Assembly: GCA_001179505.1 (NCBI GenBank)
Contig: CDMY01000436.1
Location: 186,001 to 250,000, forward strand
Reading direction: 5' to 3'
DNA: 64,000 nt
Source: Vitrella brassicaformis CCMP3155
Taxonomy: Eukaryota; Protista; Chromerida
Below are positions 56,110 to 64,000 of this stretch, in pieces. The position numbers were made by a program, and so were the translations under genes. The notes under the pieces are model-generated. The model made no database searches. It was not told the origin of the DNA and was given only the letters and a program-made list of their open reading frames with translations. Each line of letters opens with the position of its first letter. Position 1 is the stretch's first letter.

Positions 56110-56917
56110 ATGTCTGAGGAGTCGTCATCACTCGATCAACAAAGCGGCGGGAAGCCGAATCGTGAAGCCCAGCACAACTCATCTGCAGCAGCAGAGAGCA
56201 GCAGTCCGAAGAGGGCGGATGCGGTCAGGGGAGGGGCCAAGGGAGGGCTACCAAACGGTGAATCTGACCAGCACGCCCCTCACACCGACAGCAGGTGGGC
56301 AAACACCACAGAGATCATCCTGAGGGGCATTCATAATTGGTCGCTGTGTTGAGTGCCTTCAGTGATAATGGCGTCCCTCCCCACGGCGGCCGCAAGCGCA
56401 CACATGCCGAAGCCGTCCAGTCAGAGGCCAGCAAGCCCACAGACGGCACGTCAGACCACCCTCCCCCGACCCTCCCCCCGGAGGCCGCACAGCCATCAGA
56501 CTCATCCGCCGCTGACGCGCGCGACGGTCCGGTCGGCCTGAAGCGAGAGCAGTCAGCGGCAGATGCAGCCAGGAGCGCGTTTGCCGGCTTGAAGAAGCCT
56601 GCCGAGGAGGCGGGCAAGAGGAAGCGCCCGAGAAAGGACACGCCACCGCCACCGAAATTCGTTGAGGTGTTGAAGTCTGCGGGCATCTCGCTGCCCAGCA
56701 TCGAGGTCAGCAGCAGCGAGGGAGGAAAGAACAGTCAGCATGGGGGCGCTGCTCATGCCTGTGTGCTGTGTGTGTGACACTGCAGGAAGGCGGCGAGAAT
56801 GAGGACGAGCAAGAGGGAGATGAGGAGGGCACCTCACAGCAACAAGGTCAACAAGATGCCGGAGAGGGGCGTGATGTCAGGGCGGAGGGTGCGGCTGCAA
56901 AGGCCCAGGAGGGATGA
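56110..56917 (+). CDS. Hypothetical intrinsically disordered protein with basic NLS-like patch
   Basis: Three exons (56110-56294, 56363-56706, 56786-56917) splice in frame by GT-AG. Contains GKRKRPRK and an acidic EDEQEGDEE tract. No recognisable domain. Confidence 0.55.
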
Positions 56918-57636
56918 CGGCCGTGTGACGTGCGTGGGTCATTGTGGGGTGGGTGCTGTCTGCCTGAACTTGCCTGATTTTTGCTACCTGCCTGCGCCAA
57001 TGGACAGAGTGAGCCTTTTGCATGGTTGCATGAGCAGGAAGAGTGCATCAATGGCTGACTTTTTCGTCTCGAACCTCTGCTGCAATGGCCGATGTGCATC
57101 TCAAAAGAGTGAGCGGCATGCCGGGTTCGAGACCTTAGATGTCGATGGTTCTCTGGTAGGCACATGAACTAAGAATCAGTCCGTATCAAGATGCATGCAC
57201 AATCAGCCTTGGGAAGTTTGAACGTCTTCAAGTGAGACTGGGGGCCGTCTGGGGCATGGGAGAGCGATTGCTCTTTCCCCTCTGTCGGTGAGATGGAGGC
57301 CAAGGGCAGTGCCGCGAGGCGTTCGGCTGCTGCACAAGGCATTGAGCAGCTCGTCCGGGACCTACAAGCACAGGCATGGCACACACAAGGCACAGCGACA
57401 GGCAGCAGGATCTGGCACATTCAGTTTGTTTATGACGCCTTTCTTCGCTGCTGCAGATCTCAACGAGGCAGCAGACGGGCCCTCGACAGCTCGTAGAACA
57501 GGTACCCAGAGCAGCACTGACACCTGAGTGGCCTTCACCTGCCATTCCCCTGTAGACCTCATAGCCATCGTCGCTTGTGCTTCACGATGAGCTCTCTGCG
57601 GCCCTGACGGCAGCCAGGGGCCGCCTGGTGGGGGCC

Positions 57637-59932
57637 ATGGACATCATGCGCACATCGCAACAGAGAGTAAGAGGCACACCAAATAGATGCTGACACACAG
57701 ACGGCACCTCGTTCTATCTGGTCAAGAGAGGCAACAAGCCAGCCATCCGTCAACCACCGGTAGGCCACACTCACACCAGCAGACGAGCGCTCTGCCTGGA
57801 TCGATCCACTGCTGCCGGTGTGTGTGTGTGTGTGTGTGTGTCAGCCTGAGCATCTCATGGCAGCCGAGGAGCTTCGCCACATCTTCAGCTATTCGCCGCC
57901 CTGGGAGCTCGGTCAGCAGCGCCTCAGCAAAGACATCATGGCCCACTCGCCGGCCCACTACACCCACCTCAGCATCAACTGGGACGACCAGGCCACGCGG
58001 TCACTGTGGGAGAAGATGCCGGATAGTGCGGCTCGCCAGTGGGGCGAGAGGGCAGTGAACCTCAAGGAACTCCTGGTGCGCTTCCCGCGTGGCTTCTCCC
58101 GCTGGCGTCGGACGACTTGGAGATAGCTGGTGGAAGGGCACTCACACGGCCGTGCGGCACTCGCGAAGAAGGAGCGGCAGCAGGCAAGAGCGACCACAGC
58201 GGTGAAGGAGGGCGACGCGGGGAGTGAAGGTCACGTCGACCACGGCACCCTGCAGTCCCTCACATTCGAGGAGACTTAGAAGGCAACGACGGAAGAACTC
58301 CGTCAACTCTTTGCCAGCCATTCGGTTCCAGCCTCCGCTCTCTCCCCTTCCCCCATCGTCCTCCCTGCCATCACGGAGGTCACAGGCCTCGACTGTGACC
58401 TGGCGCAACACATCTCTGATCGCGGTTGGATCATGCAGTCGCTGCAGCGGTTGCAGTTCAAGGAGTTCGTTCGCCCGGACGCGACCGCCCCCTTGTCATT
58501 CCTCAAGACAGCCGCCTCTCTGAAGGAGCTGGCTTTGCGTGCAGGCCCCCGTGAGGTCGCCGGGGCGCTGTCGGGCGTGCCACGGCCATGTGATGGCCAG
58601 AGAGGGCGCTTGGCACAGCTACGGTCGGTTGGCACACTCGTGCTGAGAGGAGACGACGCAGCACATATCAATCGACTGGCTGTATGCAGAGAACCGCATG
58701 GAGGCTTAGTGTTTGTCGATTGGTTGGTCCTTTCGTCTCTCAGGACATATTGGTTGCTCACGGCTGTAAGTCACTCTCGGTGATCAACGCCCACCTCCAA
58801 GGCCACACGGTCCTCTCGTCGCGCCTGTTCCCCCAACTCTCGGCCCTTGAGCGACTCCGCCGATCAGCTGGCAGCACAGCCAACATTCCCATCAACATTG
58901 CGGACGGTGGATCCGGCCTTCACCTCCAGCTTCCGCTCGCCCTGCCTTTTTTCCCCTCCCCATTCCTCACTGAAACCGTCAAGAATTTCGCCAGTAGGGC
59001 CGCGAGCGTCCAATGGGACATCGACGCAGCCCAGCTGCCCGCTCTCGACACGCCCACCGAGGACGAGAAGGCCCTTGTCAGCAGCCTCACATTCAGCAGG
59101 GCGCACGCCGTGTCAGTGCGGTGTACAGCGCTCCCTCCCAACACGCCCAGCCCCGACCCCGCCCTCCTCCGCCATCTGTCGCCTGATTCCTGCCCCCTCG
59201 CCCGTCAGCTGAGTGTTTTCGGCGGCAAGGGGTGTGTGGCTGCGGTCCACTTGGCCAAGGCAATGCCGCAGATGGACATTTTGTGCGTGGAGGGAGTGTC
59301 GACGCCTGCTGAAGAGGAGATGCTGAGGGGGCTGCTAAAAGCGACGGGCACCGAGAGGAGTTTGTCGCGAGTGGAGGTGGGTATGGTTGGGCTGGGAGAC
59401 GGCGGCCTGCAGTGGGGCGAGGAGAGGGAGAGGGACCTGCTGCCGAAGATCAGTCAGCTGGATGTGCGCGTTTTTGGTAAGGGAAACAGCTTCAGTACTG
59501 CGGGATAGACAGACCACGATATGAAGCAGCTGTATCCAGCGTGCTGGTTGTGTCGGGACTTACTTTTGCGCAGTGCCGAATGCTGCTGCCGTGGATCTCC
59601 CTGGCACAATCGTCAGGAGTGTCGAGTCGCTGATCAAGCTGCAGGGCCTCAGATGTGTCACTTGGACACTGCGGGACGTCCCCAGTGCGCTAACGGACGG
59701 CTTATGCGCAGCGTTGCTGCAGGAGGTCGCCAGCCGATTGGCTGGCGGCGGCCTGTTGGGTGGTTTCCACATCGACGCTGTGGCGGGACATGGCCTAGTG
59801 ACAGTGACGGCCGAGAAAACAGGTGGGCGATCTGTGGGCGCTGCAGGGGTCACTGGATGGATGTGCTTCCCGTCCCTTTTAATGATTGCGTGCGGCCGGG
59901 TGCTTTATACAGTGCTGAGACAGACATTTTGA
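57637..59932 (+). pseudogene. Disrupted member of a Vitrella-type expanded F-box-like family
   Basis: MDIMRTSQQR|PEHLMAAEELRHIFSYSPPWELGQQRLSK...FWEKMP-like segment (LWEKMPDSAARQWGERAVNL). The frame is interrupted by TAG at 58124-58126, 58277-58279 and 59506-59508, with frame changes near 59500-59570. The intron 58683-58743 is in phase. The family call is from recollection of such proteins. Confidence 0.7.
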
Positions 59933-60018
59933 AGGACCCCTCTAGCTATATATTTTGAGTTCCGTCTTCGGTCTCTCAATTGACTGAAGTCGGTGAAAGG
60001 CGTTCGTGTGAAAGGTGT

Positions 60019-61480
60019 ATGGATGTCAATACTAAGGCACACATCCGGACACACATGCATAGGACTGCATGCATGAGCCGTCCATCTATGCGGGTATTTT
60101 AGTATTTCGAGTTCGGTGGTCGGCCTTAACTTGCGTGCGTGCGGACAGGTGCGTGGATGTCAATTGACGGCCATGTCATTGGATGACATGCAAGCCAGGT
60201 CACAGTCATGGATTCATGCGCACACGCGTCACACCGACACACACATGCAGTCGTTTGCCCGCACTCGGGTCACTCACACGCAGCCACTCACTGAGACGGG
60301 CAGACACTCACTCCTTCTCTGGCTGTCTGTTTGTGCGATGGTCAGTTCGTTGGTGTGTCTCTCTTGTCGTCTCGTGTTGATGGTGGTGTGTGTGGCTCAT
60401 GCCCTTGGCTCATGCCTTGTCGTCTTGGTTGTCGTCTTGCTCCTCCCACTCGGCCTTCTCCTGCTCGTAGCGCTCCTTGTCCTCAGCAGCCTGACACACA
60501 CAGACAGACACACAGACAGACAGAGGGGAGCGAGGACGGATGGATATCATGTCGTCTCAGTAGTGTGTGTGTGACCTGATCCTTGTACGGCTGCTTGTCG
60601 ATGTCCGACATCTCCTTCCACTCAGCACCTGCACACAATGCATATGCATGGCGCATACGTGCGGGGCGTGGGTGTGGTGTTTTTGATGTTTGTTGCATGT
60701 CTGTTTGTTGCACACCCAACAACTTCGCAATCTCGCCAAATGCCATTGTCGGGTTCTTCTCCTTGACCTCTGGCCTGCGCTCCATCGAGAAGTACAAGTC
60801 TGCAATGACACACACAGGAGACGCACCACACATGAGACAGACCTCTCTCCATCAGCTGCCTGTCTGTCTCTCTCTGTCCGTCTGTCTGTCTGTCTGTATC
60901 ATGCATGTGGGTGTGTGTGGGTGTGCATACAGGCAGTTCGAGGTCGCTTGGGTCCCGCTTTCTTGGTGCTGTCCTTCTTGCCCTTCTTCTCGCCCTTGCC
61001 CATCGACTTGCTGGAGGTTGTGCTCTTGGATGACGCCTTCGCCATGGCTCGCTCACTCACACTCGATGGATCGATGGGTGGGTCGATGGCCGACGGATGG
61101 ATGGGTGGGTGACAGTCACTCGGAGGCAGAGAGCGAGCCGGCGCACAGAGACACAGGCAGTGGGGTGGGCGACGAGTCACTCACTCGATGGATCAGTGAG
61201 TCGTGCCGATGGATCAGTCAATCAACAGTCAGTCAGTCAATCAATCAGCGCCAAATGAGAGCGATTCGACAGAGAGAGAGACGCGTTGCTTTGCTTCGCT
61301 TCTGAATGACCAGATTGATCGATCACTGCGTAAATGTGTACATCTGTATAGCTAGATGCACGATTGAGTACCGTTCACTCACTGGCGATCGTCTGTACAC
61401 ACGTATCGAAGCCACCATGTGTACGCCGTTCATTGGTCTGTACAGAAGCGTTGAATATCGAAGTCGCCAATTGATGTCAC
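60019..61480 (-). repeat. Right arm of the long-range inverted duplication (HMGB locus)
   Basis: Its reverse complement matches 4195-5576, including introns and both flanks. Confidence 0.92.
60410..61045 (-). CDS. NHP6/HMGB-like single HMG-box chromatin protein (intact copy), 4 exons
   Basis: MAKASSKSTTSSKSMGKGEKKGKKDSTKKAGPKRPRTA|YLYFSMERRPEVKEKNPTMAFGEIAKLLG|AEWKEMSDIDKQPYKDQ|AAEDKERYEQEKAEWEEQDDNQDDKA*. Confidence 0.93.
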
Positions 61481-62244
61481 GGACTGCATGAACAATCCAC
61501 TTCATCTCCGGAGCCGGCACACCAAGCACTTAGTGGATGAGTAAATCACTAGACGGTGAAATTAAGTGGGACAGAGATGCTCCAGGTGTCAGCAGTGTAT
61601 CATTCAGCGTGCGAATGCATGTACATGTCTTGGTGGCTTGGTGAGCACACCACTAACCACTAGCCGCAGAGCATTCTCCACCCCGCACCACGCACCAGAG
61701 CAAAGTCCCATCAAAAACACCTAAACGGTAAGTCGCGTGTGTACACGCACGCACACACGCATACCACACGAATGGAATGCAACACGCATTACAGATGGGC
61801 TCGGCTCACTCGAGCGGACTCGCCCTGGATGGATGGACACGAACACACGCAATGTACCGCCTCTTCCCCTTTCCTCTCTCTCTCTCTCTCTCTTTCTGCC
61901 TCTTAATACAAAGAGCCACTCTGTACACACGACGATTGCACGAATCGACGGAAGGCCGCCTTCCATCCGCCTTGCATTCAAAACATTCAAAACTACAGGC
62001 ATACACCAACCACACAGACACCAACACATACATACATCCATACATACATACATACATGCGCCTCATTCCCCGCTCCTTCCGTGCTGTGCAGGCTCTGCAC
62101 AAGTGCACGAAAGGCACACACATGCATCCATCCATCCATGAATGCACGAAAACATTACACTACGCATCCATGCTTAGCCATACATACACACACAAGCAGC
62201 ATCTCATCTTGCCCTCGCCCGACTCGCTTCCTGCTCGTCGGCCT

Positions 62245-63565
62245 TCACAAACTGTATCGCCTTGCGCATCCATCGCCCCTTTGTGCGTCTTGGAGCATCT
62301 GCTCACGCTGCAGCCGAAACACCTCTGACAGGGGCGCCATGGAGCCATCCTTCTCGCACCGCCGCACACTCTGGGAGGCGTGGATCGCCTCGGCAGTCGA
62401 CTGCTGCGCCTTGATGTCGCTGCGCAACATGTAGTTCGCCTGACACAATACATACATACACCACACAGTGTGCCATGCCATGCGTGTGTATATCCGTCCA
62501 TGCGCCTCTCTCTTGCATTGACTGAGTGACTGACTGACCCAAATGATGCAGCTGGCACCCATGTCGAAGAGCCGGGTGATGTCCGTGCTCTCGTTCTCGG
62601 CGTACGTGGTGGGAATGAGCACAATCGGCACGGGCTCGCGCCTCCCGCCCTCGCCCTCCTTGACCCACTCCTCCAGAAACGCCTCAACCTCATCAGATGT
62701 CCGCTCAGTCGAATGGATGATCAGCGCATCAGCACCGGCGTCACGATACGCCCGCGCACGCCGAATGCACTCCGGCAGGCCCCAGCCGGCAGGCAGCGCA
62801 TCAGTCCTGGCCACGATCTGGAAGTGGTTGCCGGGGTCGTCTTGCTGGAGGCTCTCGCGACACTCCTGCAGCATGTCGCAGAACTCGGCTGCGTCAGCCA
62901 GGGCCTCCCTGTCCCCGTCAGCAGGCTTGATGAGGGCATTCCTTTTCGGGAAGGTTCGGTCCTCAAGGCACACACTGACAACAGATGGATTGATGGTATG
63001 GGTGGGTGGACACAGCAGCAGCCGGTGTGTTGTGCGTCGTGAGTGCTGCGTTAGCCCTGACCAACCCACCCTGCGATGCGCCGCTGATTGAGCCTGCGGA
63101 CGAACTGGCTGGCAATTTTAGAGTGGCCATGGCCTGAGTCGCCTGTTCGTTCACCGAAAGAGGAAGGAGGAAAGATAAGAGTGTCCTGTCCTATCCTGTG
63201 CGATGCGATGCCTGGCCGCTGACTGACCGTCCACGAGGACAGGGATTCGGACGGAGTCGGCGACGCGCCCCATCATGTCGGCCACCTCAGTCCAGGACAA
63301 CTCATTCGCATCACGCACACCCATCAAGGTGGACAGACCCAAAGATGAACCCCAAACACCCTGTTGTGTTGCACCATCACCCACACAGACACAGACACAA
63401 ACGTCAAACACAAACACAGCAACTAACGCGAGGCTGCTTTCTGGATTCATTGGCACGTACCTGGAAGCCCTTCTCTTCAGCGATTCGAGCCCACATAGGG
63501 ATGGGCGCGTCAATCAGGAAGCCTCGACGCCTCAGCAAGTCCCTCAGCAGCGTCCCCTTGTGCAT
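62245..63565 (-). CDS. pepM: Phosphoenolpyruvate phosphomutase (PEP mutase, C-P bond formation), 5 exons
   Basis: MHKGTLLRDLLRRRGFLIDAPIPMWARIAEEKGFQ|GVWGSSLGLSTLMGVRDANELSWTEV...PVLVDG|DSGHG...RRLNQRRIAG|VCLEDRTFPKRNAL...QIVARTDAL.AGWGL.E.IRRARAYRDAGADALIIHS...PIVLIPTTY...IIW|ANYMLRS...EVFRLQ. Carries the PepM-diagnostic EDxxFPKxN loop and GVRDxNExSW. Confidence 0.88.
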
Positions 63566-64000
63566 CTCTCCGGGTACACATTCATGCAAACCGCTCACAC
63601 ATACAAGATCTGTACAGGATCTATCAAGACAAGACCTATACACTCCTTCCCCCGCTCTCTTCCCTCCTCTCCTCCTCTTCTAAGCTCGCAAAGTGGATCG
63701 CCCACTTCCACGCTCCCCAAGAGATGACTCCTTGACGACCTGGCGACGATACTGTACAACTGTAAGACGTTGAAATGAGAACACAAACATGCGACTGTTC
63801 TGTTCTGAGTGAGGTCTTGTCCTTTGTCATGTCATGGCAGGTTTGTGTTCATCATCTCGGCGCCCTCCACTCCTTCCTTTGCCTCGTCTTGTCTGTCCCA
63901 AAAGGGAAACAAGCCGGCCATGAGTCAAGCACCGGTAGGCCGCACTCACATTCCGGCACGTGAAGGTCCTGCCTGGATCCATCTACTGCCGTTGTGTGTG

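Noticed and set aside
57637-59932. TAG reassignment (alternative genetic code) to explain the in-frame TAGs
   Set aside because: TAG is the normal stop of OSBP (12169-12171), CKS (26648-26650) and MCM6 (53733-53735) in the same window, and the locus also has frameshifts.

Overview
Eukaryotic, intron-rich genomic DNA with GC-rich exons, short GT-AG introns full of CA/GT, CAGA and CCAT microsatellites, and three 300-N scaffold gaps. The style, the bipartite signal+Phe plastid presequences and an F-box-like lineage family point to a chromerid alveolate, probably Vitrella brassicaformis (inference, no search run). I spliced about 20 genes by hand. In order they are: a docking-domain/SAM-like protein, mitochondrial uS12, an ATG-less HMGB copy, a degenerate HSP90-N-like mitochondrial membrane protein, an OSBP/ORP, a CCCH zinc finger, an A1 aspartic protease, a site-2 protease (M50), a plastid glutaredoxin-like protein, a divergent CKS1, a bacterial-type secreted beta-propeller-like protein, a second CCCH protein, a TEY MAP kinase, a tandem TerD protein ending in CaaX, MCM6, a plastid aldose/G6P 1-epimerase, a disordered protein, an F-box-like pseudogene, an intact HMGB and a PEP phosphomutase. 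There are four highlights. (1) An apparent HSP90 pseudo-ATPase fused to transmembrane helices. (2) A phosphonate-pathway entry enzyme, PepM. (3) A ~1.4 kb inverted HMGB duplication bracketing ~54 kb. (4) A strongly head-to-head gene layout. No rRNA, tRNA, CRISPR or recognisable transposase was seen. All family calls come from motif recognition, and gene ends or exon borders may be off where stated.
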